Shown: in pieces, positions 12,042-25,212 of the stretch | Layout of the letters: the number at the start of each line of letters is the position of its first letter | How positions within the stretch are numbered: the stretch's first letter is position 1 | NCBI RefSeq assembly: GCF_001194135.2 | Contig: NC_068981.1 | Location: 139,185,713 to 139,229,050, forward strand | Length of the DNA stretch: 43,338 nucleotides | Source of the DNA: Octopus bimaculoides | Taxonomy: Eukaryota | Direction: 5' to 3' | Made by a program: the position numbers and the translations under genes | Notes under the pieces: model-generated | Databases searched by the model: none | What the model was told of the DNA's origin: nothing | Seen by the model: the letters and a program-made list of their open reading frames with translations, nothing else

Positions 12042-12123
12042 NNNNNNNNNNNNNNNNNNNNNNNNNNNNNNNNNNNNNNNNNNNNNNNNNNNNNNNNNNN
12101 NNNNNNNNNNNNNNNNNNNNNNN

Positions 12124-12161
<38 letters not shown>

Positions 12162-12775
12162 CTGCTTAAGGAACATCAGATAATCATTCCTAACAAGAAA
12201 CCTTGGACAGTGCAGTGAGAGTATTGTATACGGGTATCTGAAGCTAAAAATACTCAGGAATATAATACCGACAAGTTTATAACAACCCATCTTGATGGTT
12301 ATCGCCGTGCAAATACACGAGAAAGAAATTACCTTCAAGTTCCGTAATTCCTATGGTATATCTGGAAAAATAAAAGCGAGCATAGCTTTCTCAAAAACTT
12401 AAATGCAAATAAGTTGGCCTAGGATAACGAAAATAAAAAGACATACCTTTTAAAACTTATCCTATACAACCTCGTCACCGAGAAGATTAACGATCAGAAT
12501 AAAATCTAATATCCTAAACAGGAAGGGAAAATACGTACGCACGCCATCGCTAACTGACAAGTGAGCGTTGGGGACTTTTAAAATGTCATTTTGAACGTTT
12601 TACTCTACGACTATACTGATCTCAGCTTGTAGAAATCTGTTACTGTTTTCTATTTTTCTGTTATAAATAAGAAAAACTACTTTTACTCTCAACTTAGCAG
12701 TATTCAGACCGGGTTACGAATATACTTTAAACTACGAGGGATTTCACTTTTGCTATCCTGGATGACACTGATACC

Positions 12776-12835
12776 ACCACCACCACCACCACCACCACCA
12801 CCACCACCACCACCACCACCACAACAACAACAACA
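12776..12835. repeat. (CAC)n followed by (CAA)n
   Basis: Direct reading. Confidence 0.9.
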
Positions 12836-12849
12836 CATACCAATTCTAA

Positions 12850-14200
12850 CAGTAATATCAACACCAACATTACAACCATGTCTATGGGTTATCTAAGACG
12901 ATGCAATTATTCTTCTCGTAGGATTTTTGCATTAAAATCAAGGGCTTTAAATCAAGGTTTTCTCAGGTGCTATGAAAAAAAAACACTGGAGTGAACTTTG
13001 ATTTAAAATTTTCATATTGGCTATATGAAGCGATTAAAATTTACTGGGACAAACCCACCCAATCTTAAATCATTTCACGGCTAAACGGCTTTGACAACAG
13101 GTATTATTCTTTTCCCAATAAATGGTTGTCACAGACCACAATTGTTATTCTGACTCCTACCAGTCAAAATTTGACACAGAAGAAAGCGATAAAAATTCAA
13201 ACAAACCACTCCCATGATTAGCGTCCCTTAACTCTCGTATAACGTCGAATGAATCTGATCTGAAAGGGACCGCTGTTGAATATATTTAGTATAAAAATAA
13301 TTTAAACCACAACTGGATAATATTTTTTTCCCAATTTCTCGTGGCTATCCTGAAATAATAGTCCATGTTTTGCAATAGAAGGCAAAATCCTCAAACACTC
13401 TCATAGTAAAAGTTATTGATGATGTCATTGGAAACTATATGAAAATAATTTATAACCCTTATTAGATCGCTAATACCAGTCTGTGTACAGCCTCTGTCAC
13501 TCTGAAGGAACATCTAGGAAATATTTACAGTACATACGATGAAAAAATTACTCACTGTAAGAAGCTCAGTTGGATAACAAAATTAGAAGAAAATAGCGAT
13601 AACCTACACCGCAGCATCAAATATTTAGATTCCATCATAAGTTTTAAGGTGATTAATAAGTCGACAGTTTAACAACTACATCTTACGACAAAATTGACAA
13701 AAGTCTCTGAAAATTTTACATAGAAAACCCTTGACAAGAAATTAATATATATAAAACATGAACTCAAAAGTGCATCTAAGAAGCCATTCGTTATCAGAAA
13801 AATGATACACTCAAGAATGAAAATACTGATTCAGCAAAAAGACAAAAAAACTATAAGCCTAAAACTGTAGGCTTGCCTAGACTTTGTGTATAAGATTTGT
13901 GCATCTTTACAATCTGACCCAGCAAGTTCTTCCAAGACCATTGCGAGTCCAACAAAATAGCGACTAATGAGTAGGAAAGTGGAAAGACGAGAAAGTAGGG
14001 ATGTGCCGAACAACCTTTGATAAATAAAGCAGCACCGTCGGAAGTAAGAAAATACCTCAGAAAACGTCTGATAGTATGATTGATACCGGAAAGGCATTCC
14101 GTTACATTTCCCGTTCACAATTGTTAAAGTCAGCGTGGTTGGCAGTTGTCCTTGCTGCTTTAGTTACCACCATTGAAAGGCTCATAAAGACTGCTCAGCA
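12850..14200 (+). mobile_element. Decayed N-terminal (pre-RT) region of an RLE-type retrotransposon
   Basis: Frameshifted peptides GYMKRLK…YWDK…HPILNHFTAKRL and DEKITHCKKLSWITKLEENSDNL are homologous to peptides on the minus strand at 29935-30720. The R4/Dong-type assignment is from recalled family motifs. Confidence 0.5.
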
Positions 14201-15215
14201 GCCTCCATACTTGTAACTAAATTGTGTCCGATGTTATAAATTTAAAAGGGAAAAATGCCTGTGCTTCTGTTTATTTTGGTACTAAATTGAATGCAATTTC
14301 TTTTGCAAAAATCTAATGGTTATGTGTCAGGGACTATAAAAAAAAGACAAATCAATGCAATTTCTTTGTGGATGATCTAATTATCTAAACTAGAAATAAC
14401 TCCAACGATGAAAAACAACTACATTAACAATATTTTCAGCTGATTGGATATAATAAGAATAAATGTTAGTATTTGAAAGTTAAACGCAGTAAAACTTACC
14501 CAAATCCGATAATATTATATCGATGTTGCCCCTATCACTCTTGTTCCACACGAAACAGGAGTGATAGAGGCGATTTAAATGCATAGGCATGGTGCTATAA
14601 ACATCGATATTGTACCAAACTTAAACACATATTATGGAAAATTTGTGCCACAGATACAGGAAATATTACATACAGATATTTCTATATAAATATTTGAATA
14701 TTATATATATAAGCAAATCAGCCAGTATCTTAGACACTATCTCCACGTGTTGCATGGTAACTAGGAATGTATTTAGATACAGTTGTAGACATAAGTCATT
14801 GACCTGAAGTTAAGAAAACTCAAGCTGTGAATAACTTTGAATTTAATCACGACTAGAATTTGTCGATACTTTTAAAGAATATTATCGTCTACTTAAGACT
14901 TAATATAAATTAGCAGAGCTGTATGAGGCAGAGTTCTACATGAGATTAGATGTTTTGGTTTTATCCAAAGATTGAAGCGTCTGTGGAATAATAAACACCC
15001 TGAATTAGACTGAACGACCTTAACGAACGAACATACTAAACGGAATATCAAATGGAGACAGAATTAAATAACTGAATCCTCCATATCAATACAGGTTTAG
15101 CAATCATGCTGCATTCCTCACCCACCATATATAGCAATACACGCTGCCATAACAACTTCAATGCCAACAGCGAAGTTAAGTCAAACGATAGCATCATTGA
15201 AGCAAGTGGCATCTA

Positions 15216-16335
15216 CGAGGCTGGACTGAAAATTTCATAGGCTGACTATTCAGGAGTGACGCTAGAGCTGTGAAATCTTGCATGCATTAATTTCAACCCT
15301 TCTTATTAATAACTGCATTGTTTTTTTTTCAGCTAAACTGTTCAAAGAACATTTCAAAAGAAACTAGTACTGACTTGTCTTGAAAATGGACAGAATTTGG
15401 CACCGTGGTGTTATCGAGTACCTGCAGAAAAGGGGTTTAGTCTCCAACGACATTCATGTTGATATAGTTGCTACATTAAGGGTGACGCTCCAGCTTTACC
15501 AATAGCGTAAAAGTGTGCATCTGAATTTAGGAGGGTAACGGAGAGTCTTGAAAATAATCCAAGGTCTGAACGTCCTTCAATTGCCACCATCGAGAAAAAT
15601 AATGACCGTGTTCACCTCATGTTGATGGATGACAGGTAATTAACTAAAATTAAATAACCAATACTATTAGTATATCCCGTGAGAGAGTTGAAAATACGCC
15701 GCACAATGAACTTGGTATGACGAAGGTTGCTGAGTTTTGGGTTCATCACTTTGAACCTGAGATAAAGAGACAATCCATGCAGTGGAAACACCCCTGCTCA
15801 TCTGGTCCAAAGAAGGCCAGGATCGTTTTGTCTGAAGGGAAGGTAATGGCCTCAGTCTTTTGGGATGCAAAAGACGTGTTTATCGACTTAATTCAAAAGG
15901 GCCACACCTTCAATGGAGAGTACTATGTTAACTTGTCGAGGCAGTTACAAAAGGCTATCAAAACCAAACGGTCAGGAAAACTGACGAAAGATGTCTTGTT
16001 TCATGAAGACAATGCTCCAGTACACAAGTCCAAGCTTTCAATGGCTGCTGTGCGTGACTGTCGCTTTGAATTGATTGATCAGATTCTTTGTTTCCTGATT
16101 TAGCCCCATCTGACTAGTATTAGTTTCCCAACACGAAAAACACGTGGTTGGGACCAGTATCGCAGTGATGATGACTTTATATCTGCTGTTGATGATTTAT
16201 TTGATTAACAGGACGAAGGCTTCTTCAATGGGTTCCAAGCGCTGCAACGCCGGAACTATGTCGAAAAATAAACTTCATTTGTCACATTCTATCAGAGTGT
16301 CTTCGTCAGCCTATGAACTTTTCTGCCGGCCCTCG
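15216..16335 (+). mobile_element. mariner element (irritans-like), decayed, with internal deletion
   Basis: Imperfect 31-bp TIRs (cgaggctggactgaaaatttcataggctgac / rc cgagggccggcagaaaagttcataggctgac) with TA on both sides. Peptides include WVHHFEPE…KVMASVFWD…LFHEDNAPVH and DLAPSD. The WVP motif and first catalytic D are deleted near 15732. Confidence 0.9.
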
Positions 16336-16898
16336 TACAAAATACATGTTAACGAAAAGCGGTAATAAAGTGCTTTAAGATAGAACTAAAAATAATATAG
16401 AATACATTTCACATGAGATTAGATGCTGCTTCTAGATATTATAAAAGTATGAGCTTACATTGTAGCTCAAAGCTGTTGCATAAATAATATACAATGCTAT
16501 CTTTGAGATGCACTATCCCGGGTTAAACATAAAAAATATTTATGATTTTGAGTATAATTGGCGGAATATTTTTACTAAAATTTCCTTTAAACGCAAACTT
16601 AAATTTTACATAGTCGCTTGATATACAAAACAGAAACGAGTTGGGGAGGGTGAGTTACCAAGAAAATGTGACCATTTCATTCAAAATCGGCGAGAAAGAG
16701 AACACTTACGCTCGATTGATTACAAACTCAAAATGTAGATTAGAGACTGGCGCAGTTGGTGATATTACTAAGTGATACAATAGTTTAGTTGGTGCAGGCA
16801 GATTTGTGTGGTCAAACAGTTTGCTTCTTAATCAAGCTTTTGATATCACTATGCAGCTCCCTTGAACAGGTGCTAGCTATCATAGCTCGTCACACACG

Positions 16899-16954
<56 letters not shown>

Positions 16955-17068
16955 ACGGGCTGCGGTAGAAGACAATATGTGTGCGCGTATGCGTCTATAT
17001 ATGCATGAGTGTGTGAATACAGGTATCTAACCATGTATGTAAGTATGTATGTATGTATGTATGTATGA

Positions 17069-17453
17069 GTGGAGGTGCAATGGCCCAGTGGTTAGGGCAG
17101 CGGACTCGCGGTCAAAGGATCGCGGTTTCGATTCCCAGACTGGGCGTTATGAGTGTTTACTGAGCGAAAACACCTAAAACACCACGAGGCTCCGGCAGGG
17201 GATGGTGGCAAACCCTGCTGTACTCTTCCACCACAACTTTCTCTCACTCTTTCTTCCTATTTCTGTTGTGCCTGTAATTCAAAGGGTCAACCTTGTCACA
17301 CTGTATCACGCTGAATATCGCCGAGAACTACGTTAAGGGTACACGTGTCTGTGGAGTGCTCAGCCACTTGTACGTTAATTTCACGAGCAGGCTGTTCCGT
17401 TGATCGGATCGACTGGAACCCTCGACGTCGTAAGCGACGGAGTGCCAACAATA
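17069..17453 (+). mobile_element. tRNA-derived SINE family A, full length
   Basis: A-box and B-box in the head; matches the copies at 2922 and 34946; flanked by (TATG)n. Confidence 0.9.
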
Positions 17454-18192
17454 ATATGTATGTATGCCTATATCTTTCGCCGATGAGTATAAACACCGTA
17501 TTAAAATCGAAAACCTGTAGCTTCACGAATAATGTCAAATGATGTCTGCTCTACATTTAGTTTCAAGGACTTCTTTGTTTGCCCCACCTCATCATTCACC
17601 ATCAGAATGCAATGAACCAGTGATTGGCCAATTGGAAACCTATAATTAGCGATGTCATTAATGGCAAATAGGTAAAGTAATGCTCTCTAAAATGCGAGAG
17701 TTTCATGCCAACAAAACACTTTAACCAGAAATTGAATTTGTTAGCGGAGCAATGAATATATGCAAAACTTTTCGAAAATTCAATATGTAACACATTATAG
17801 ATGTTGCTTTCTAATTTCCAACGAAGGAGCTTTGTAAGAAGATTTCAAAGAATTAATAAAGAGATACTCATATATGATTAAAAGCAAACATATTTGAATA
17901 CATATACATGCATACACATAGATGTATGTTCATACATATATACACACGTAAGGATGTTTTCCTTATTGACTGTATCGAACAGCATTTATCTAAATTAAAA
18001 TTTACAGGAATGCTATGCTAAGACATGTTCTCCAGCTTTGTGTAACCAATTCCTAAAAGTGAAATTCATTAGTTTTCTCTGCATTTTACTAACTTTTCCA
18101 ATCTCCCTTACATAAACAGCTTGAACCAAATGTACAGAATTAATCTAGAGGGGTTGTTAGTTTATTTAGCTTTTGGATGAGACACTAGACCA

Positions 18193-18194
<2 letters not shown>

Positions 18195-18246
<52 letters not shown>
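18195..18246. repeat. (TAC)n microsatellite
   Basis: Direct reading. Confidence 0.95.
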
Positions 18247-18894
18247 GTTGTTATTTATAAAGAAATACACTCATACAGATCTACAAACGAAACTCACTTG
18301 CGCATCCACATACACAACAAAGAACATCATGAGAAGAAAGATAAAAACTCTTACCAATAAATCAATAACATAGAAATGTTTTCCTTTTTTTTTTTGGCTA
18401 GGTGGATTTAAATTTGGTAGTGCCTGAATAAGTAGTTGTAAGTAACAAGTTTATTAACAACAGTATATTCTAAATATAACAGCAACTGTTGCAGTAACCA
18501 GAATTACAATACTAGCATCAATGCCTGATTGTTCAGTTCCGCATCCTCGAAGGTGATCGCTTTTAGTAACGAAACTAACCAAATTATCTGCAATACCAAT
18601 TACTTGATCTTTTTTTTTGCCTCAGTTAAAAATTGATACCATAATGAGGTGCAGTGGATAGTATATTTGTCAGTAGTACGAGGCTCAGGTAATATCATTT
18701 GTAAAAACGAAGAGAATTTACATCAACAAAAATAACATCAACTATATTAACTGGTGGCAGTAGTTAGATTTGCAGGTTTAGGTAAATGGGTTGCCATCGA
18801 TTTTTACGACGAGTATTCAAATATTTGATTAAGTGAACTCACCGAGTAAGCGGTTGAAACATTTCCCGAGTAAGCGGTTGAAACATTCCCTAGT

Positions 18895-19110
18895 CACTTA
18901 GTCACGCGTAACCTTAACATAATTCTCAGCCGGAATCGGCTTCACAGTGTGTGACAAGGGTGGAGTTTTGAATTTCAGGCACTGCAATCCAACTGGCTTC
19001 TACACATTTCCGTCGGCCCAGTTTCACTTACAAAACAAAAACCAACTTGAGGACATGGTAAAAGACTAATTCCCGAGATGCCACACAATGGGATCGTACC
19101 GGGGAGCTTC
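18895..19110 (-). mobile_element. Old, degenerate SINE remnant (family A-like body, family C-like head)
   Basis: accttaacataattctc…cacagtgtgtgacaagg…tttgaatttcaggcac resembles family A; cccgagatgccacacaatgggatc resembles the reverse complement of the family C head. Confidence 0.4.
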
Positions 19111-20373
19111 ATGATTGTTATGCAAACTTCGGGTATGCTGTGTCTACAGTCAGACTAGTTATGATAAGCAAGAATACATCAAATTTCTCGAAATTTTCAA
19201 ACATAGGGTAATCCCCGAAACGTCAGGTTCCTCTTCTGCAGCATGTGTTGTCTGAGTCAATGATCACTTCAAGTGTCCATTGTAGCATTACACTGTTACT
19301 GTTAATATTGGCACTGTAAAAAAACATTATGGGATGTGATCTAAATGGCTGCGAAATTTGTTGAAGTATTCTTTGTCGTAGTTTATTCATACACTGTAGT
19401 TTTACACATTCACTGAAGCTTTACTAACAGACAATATTTCAATCAATTCTTTGATACAAGTGGCATTCATTATTAGAGAGGGTTAAAATAAACAGGTCAT
19501 TGATATAAAATTCATATTCTTCCTCTGGTCAACAATGATTCCTCGAGTGACTATAAAATATGAGAATATCACTATAAAAACACGAAGATATGACTAAAAT
19601 ATAAAATTCTGTTATTTTACTGCGTGGGAATGCTGTGACAAGATCTGTTGGCGTTTTAGGTCATCGACGTTAAAGATATGAATGATATCCATTATTAACA
19701 GTCATCCTTAAATATTCATGTCAATAACCGAATTCTCTGTGCTTACGACAATTTCAGTTCTTATCAATACCTGTGTAGACCGTATTGTTACCAGTCTTTT
19801 AATTGCATCCACTATAGAAGATGGCACCTTGGCAAGGCATAGTGACTTTGGTATCCGTGAGTGAGGAGAAAGAATCAAACAGAATGAAATATCTTCTTAT
19901 AGTCTAACCATACACTCAGTAGACTTCAGTGATGCTGCTTCTCCTCCTTAAGGACGATAAGAAACTATTACTGCACGCTGCTCAACACTTTTTTCACATC
20001 CTACTTGCTCATCACTCACCATGAAGTTTGTTTCGTCGTGATCTCTAACTCATCTGCGTACATTTTATACATAACATCTAAAAATGCTATGGGCCTGTAG
20101 CCGTTGGTCACCAGTGTTTTAGTTACTATGTATGAGGAGTATCCGTGTAAATGTTAACCAGACTGTAAAATTGAACTCTTCGTTTATTATTCTTCAGACT
20201 AGGTCGACGTAAGCTTCCCTAATATAACTAACCTACTGTTAGGTCTATGTAATGCAATTTTCTATTTGATTGTCTCACAAGTGCCATTACAGTCTTAGCG
20301 GTGAAGTAATATATTTTAGGAGAGTCACTTGCGTACTACGTGTATATTGCAGAATGAGTGTGCTGTTTATCTA

Positions 20374-21516
20374 TCAGGTCAACCCATAAGTTCTGTCCGA
20401 TTTTACTTTTTTAAAAATTGAATGATATTTAATAGTATTTTAGAATGTCTAATGGAATTAAAAATTATTTTTATGCATTTGTGTACATTTAAACTAATTA
20501 AATATTATTTTACAGAATAATAGAATTAAAACTTCTTCGATTAAAACTCTTTCTAACATGGAAGTATCCAAAGAGCATTTGAGGCACATAATGCTTTATG
20601 AGTACAAAAAAGGAAACTCTGCAACCGAAGTAACTCGAAACATACACTCAGTTTACGGGAAAGAATGCTTGAATGAAAGAACTTGCAGAAGATGGTTTGC
20701 AAAATTCAGAAGTGGAGATTTCAGCCTTGAAGATGAAGATCGAACAGGACGTCCAATTGAGTTTGATGATAAGCTCCTTGAGGCATNNNNNNNNNNNNNN
20801 NNNNNNNNNNNNNNNNNNNNNNNNNNNNNNNNNNNNNNNNNNNNNNNNNNNNNNNNNNNNNNNNNNNNNNNNNNNNNNNNNNNNNNNNNNNNNNNNNNNN
20901 NNNNNNNNNNNNNNNNNNNNNNNNNNNNNNNNNNNNNNNNNNNNNNNNNNNNNNNNNNNNNNNNNNNNNNNNNNNNNNNNNNNNNNNNNNNNNNNNNNNN
21001 NNNNNNNNNNNNNNNNNNNNNNNNNNNNNNNNNNNNNNNNNNNNNNNNNNNNNNNNNNNNNNNNNNNNNNNNNNNNNNNNNNNNNNNNNNNNNNNNNNNN
21101 NNNNNNNNNNNNNNNNNNNNNNNNNNNNNNNNNNNNNNNNNNNNNNNNNNNNNNNNNNNNNNNNNNNNNNNNNNNNNNNNNNNNNNNNNNNNNNNNNTGG
21201 TTGGGAAAAAATTCCTCATCCGCCTTACTCTGTCGACCTTGCTCCTTCAGGTTACCATTTGTTTCGTTGTTTACAGAATCATTTGGGGGACATAACTTTC
21301 GCAAGCCAGGAGGAGGTTGAAACTGACATTTTAGAGTTCTTCGCGTTGAAATCAAAAGAGTTTTACATTTATGGGATCGAAAAGCTTGTAAATAGATGGA
21401 AGGAAGTCATAGATAATCAGGGAAAATACATTGATGATTAAATTTCAATTAAATATAACATTTGATCACTTGTTTTCTTTATTCAAAATTCGGACAGAAC
21501 TTATGGGATGACCTGA
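20374..21516 (+). mobile_element. Young mariner transposon with central assembly gap
   Basis: 27-bp TIRs with 1 mismatch (tcaggtcaacccataagttctgtccga) and TA TSDs at 20372-73 and 21517-18. ORF from 20558: MEVSKEHLRHIMLYEY…CRRWFAKFRSG…RTGRP. C-terminus: HPPYSVDLAPSGYHLFR…NQGKYIDD* (21441). Confidence 0.95.
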
Positions 21517-22296
21517 TATATTCCAGATGCCCACCTGCCGAAATGATTTCAGATAATCTTCAAAAGGACGGTATGGTATACACTTTTATGATGCGATATA
21601 CACTTTGTAAGTTCAATGCAAACTGATGGTTGATAGGTCTTGTAATTTCTGACGATAACAAAAACATTTCCCCTAGCGCTCTTAGTCTGTGTTTAATAGT
21701 AATTATTTTATCTGTTAGCGTTTTCTATCGGTCATTTCCGGGGATTTTGGATAGTCAATCATAATGTCGCGGGTGGTGGTACAGTAAGATATTCAATGTT
21801 CATAAGATGGGAGCTTTAATTTTTCTAGGTTTTCAAAGAAAACAAATATGTTTTCTATTGACTCGTATAATTAGTCCTCTATACTAACGTTTCTAAATTC
21901 GACAGCATGTTTATGCATCTATCCATGAATGCGTGTCTTATGTATGTATCCATGTGTATATGTAAGTACGTACATATGTGTGTATTATGTGTGCGTATAT
22001 ATATATATATATATATATATNNNNNNNNNNNNNNNNNNNNNNNNNNNNNNNNNNNNNNNNNNNNNNNNNNNNNNNNNNNNNNNNNNNNNNNNNNNNNNNN
22101 NNNNNNNNNNNNNNNNNNNNNNNNNNNNNNNNNNNNNNNNNNNNNNNNNNNNNNNNNNNNNNNNNNNNNNNNNNNNNNNNNTATGTATGTATGTATATAT
22201 ATATATTATATATATTTATATATATATTATATATATTTATATATGTATTTATATATATTATATATATTTATATATATATAATACTTATATATATAT

Positions 22297-22329
<33 letters not shown>

Positions 22330-22351
22330 ACATATATATATATTAAATGTG

Positions 22352-22395
<44 letters not shown>

Positions 22396-22443
22396 TCAGA
22401 CACGCAAATGGATGGATGGATACTCGCATTTGTGCATATATGC

Positions 22444-22488
<45 letters not shown>

Positions 22489-23309
22489 TGTATGTATATG
22501 TAAATTTATTAGCAATGGAGATTTAAGATGCTTCTTTCTCTAAACATAAAATTAAAAATAAAAACGAAAAGCGTTATTTATTTTAGTACACGCAAATCAT
22601 TAATAAAATTCTGATACTTTATATAATAGTTTTTAATGTATTTCGAACCAATAAATACGAAAAAGAAAACTCTCTCACGACATTGACATTCAAAATATAA
22701 TGGCAACTGAGAAGCTACAGGGAAATATTTTGAAGAATATACCTTTGAGGATACTTTCAAAAGTCTTTCAAAAGACTTTTCAAATTTGTTGAAAAGTACG
22801 AGGAGAAAATATTTCCTTTTATCGTTTATCAATGTTCATAAGCAGTCTTGCAATTTGTCAGGTTCTGGTTTGTTGTGATGAAGTATATAAATTATATTGA
22901 TTCAGTCTACCTTTTCCTGCTATATACAATCTTATATGTTTGATGGATGCCCTCTCTCACCAAACAACAACAACAATAAAACTTATGTGAAATAGATGTA
23001 TGTTCCTTTCTGTACTGAAGTTATGCAGTTTATCTTTTATCTACAAAATATTGTTTAGATACATAGAATGATTCATAGATGGATAGGCGGATGGAAAGAT
23101 GGATGAATAGATAGAGAGATGAATATGTAGGCGGATGGAAAGACGGTTGAATAGATGGACGGATGGAGATATGGACAGATGAAATAACAAAAAGACAGAC
23201 ATATATTATGAAATTAGTCTTGTCTTGGGCTTCAATCTTTCCTTGTCTTTCTATTGATATATATAAATAGACATTTTATTCAACAGTATACAATAATTTG
23301 ATAAGTTAG

Positions 23310-23460
23310 TCAACTGGCTGAGTTGTTAGAGCATCGGAGGTAACCATCCAGACTCTCTGCATCGGAGGTAATCATCCAGACTCTCTGCGCCGAGGCCAAA
23401 TTTGTCCTTCATTCTTTCGAGGTCGATAAATAAAATACTAGTATACGAGTGGGGTCGGTT
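23310..23460 (+). mobile_element. SINE family B, degenerate, with an internal 28-bp tandem duplication
   Basis: gcatcggaggtaa(c/t)catccagactctct occurs twice, followed by …ttcattctttcgaggtcgataaa. Confidence 0.55.
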
Positions 23461-24471
23461 ATTCTTTTTCTCTTAAATGTTCTTTTTTTCAGTCTGTCGT
23501 ATCTTTCTAGAAGAAATCAGCAATAATCAGGCCCTTAAGGGATAGGAGTCACTGGATTTAAAGGGGCTCAGCCGCGATGCACTTTACGACATCCCTACGA
23601 TTACCGTAAGGTATTAGGGGTTCATGGCTAGGCAAAGCAATAATTTCGTAGGATGACAAGAAGACATGAAAATAAATGAGAAAAATAACTTAAAACAAAA
23701 ATGAAAATTAAAAATATGATATATANNNNNNNNNNNNNNNNNNNNNNNNNNNNNNNNNNNNNNNNNNNNNNNNNNNNNNNNNNNNNNNNNNNNNNNNNNN
23801 NNNNNNNNNNNNNNNNNNNNNNNNNNNNNNNNNNNNNNNNNNNNNNNNNNNNNNNNNNNNNNNNNNNNNNNNNNNNNNNNNNNNNNNNNNNNNNNNNNNN
23901 NNNNNNNNNNNNNNNNNNNNNNNNNNNNNNNNNNNNNNNNNNNNNNNNNNNNNNNNNNNNNNNNNNNNNNNNNNNNNNNNNNNNNNNNNNNNNNNNNNNN
24001 NNNNNNNNNNNNNNNNNNNNNNNNNNNNNNNNNNNNNNNNNNNNNNNNNNNNNNNNNNNNNNNNNNNNNNNNNNNNNNNNNNNNNNNNNNNNNNNNNNNN
24101 NNNNNNNNNNNNNNNNNNNNNNNNNNNNNNNNNNNNNNNNNNNNNNNNNNNNNNNNNNNNNNNNNNNNNNNNNNNNNNNNNNNNNNNNNNNNNNNNNNNN
24201 NNNNNNNNNNNNNNNNNNNNNNNNNNNNNNNNNNNNNNNNNNNNNNNNNNNNNNNNNNNNNNNNNNNNNNNNNNNNNNNNNNNNNNNNNNNNNNNNNNNN
24301 NNNNNNNNNNNNNNNNNNNNNNNNNNNNNNNNNNNNNNNNNNNNNNNNNNNNNNNNNNNNNNNNNNNNNNNNNNNNNNNNNNNNNNNNNNNNNNNNNNNN
24401 NNNNNNNNNNNNNNNNNNNNNNNNNNNNNNNNNNNNNNNNNNNNNNNNNNNNNNNNNNNNNNNNNNNNNNN

Positions 24472-24509
<38 letters not shown>

Positions 24510-25013
24510 AGAGAGAGAGTTAGTCCATGAAAGCACATGGTTAGATATATAAAAGACAAAATAGAATGAAAAAATCTACAGAAAACTTGAGTTATATGGT
24601 TAAAGAATATATTTAAATCGTTATGTTAGGAAAATGTTATAAAATTTTGTATAAAGTAACATTGTTTTTGGAGAAATAACCGGTTTCGTATTTCCTTTTC
24701 AAATTTCTCAAATTTCTTTATCGATATTGTGTCATCTCTTCACTATAAAGTGAAATATGGGAGTTCCAGTCAGGGGAAGGTAATCAGGCAATTTTGCGGT
24801 ATAAAGGAGATAATAAAAAATGTTGGGAATGACTAGGTTTTATTAATTTAACATGGTTTGGTTTAGAAAGAATAGAATGTTAGAAGTGGTTAAGTTTTGC
24901 TTTATATTTGTTTCAAAGAGGGAGGTAAGTTTCCTTATTTAAAATTGCTAGAAATGGTTAAGTTTTGGCTTATATTTTTCAATGAAGTGGGTTTATATAT
25001 ATATATATATATA

Positions 25014-25016
<3 letters not shown>

Positions 25017-25103
<87 letters not shown>

Positions 25104-25212
25104 ACTTGACAACCACCGTTGGTCTCTGCAAAAGAGACCGACAGAATAAGTACCAGGCTTAAAAAATAAAATAAATGGTGGCAGTCTAATGTCTGAAACA
25201 AGTAAAAGATAA
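25017..25212 (+). mobile_element. (TG)n followed by SINE family C 3' half
   Basis: …aaaagagaccgacagaataagtaccaggctt…gaaacaagtaaaagataaa. Confidence 0.7.

Noticed and set aside
15983-16010. CTGACGA hammerhead-core match
   Set aside because: It lies in mariner coding sequence (KLTKDV) and lacks GAAA and stems.
17069-17145. tRNA-like sequence with A and B boxes (also heads of families B and C)
   Set aside because: These are SINE heads continuing into shared SINE bodies, not standalone tRNA genes.
18842-18888. 24-bp tandem repeat ccgagtaagcggttgaaacatt occurring twice
   Set aside because: Only two adjacent copies with no spacers; a simple slippage duplication, not CRISPR-like.
19230-19316. Minus-strand reading ANINSNSVMLQWT after a tttttttacag acceptor, resembling a fibronectin type III strand
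   Set aside because: The frame stops soon, there is no good donor, and the segment lies directly downstream of a hammerhead remnant, so it is more likely repeat-derived.
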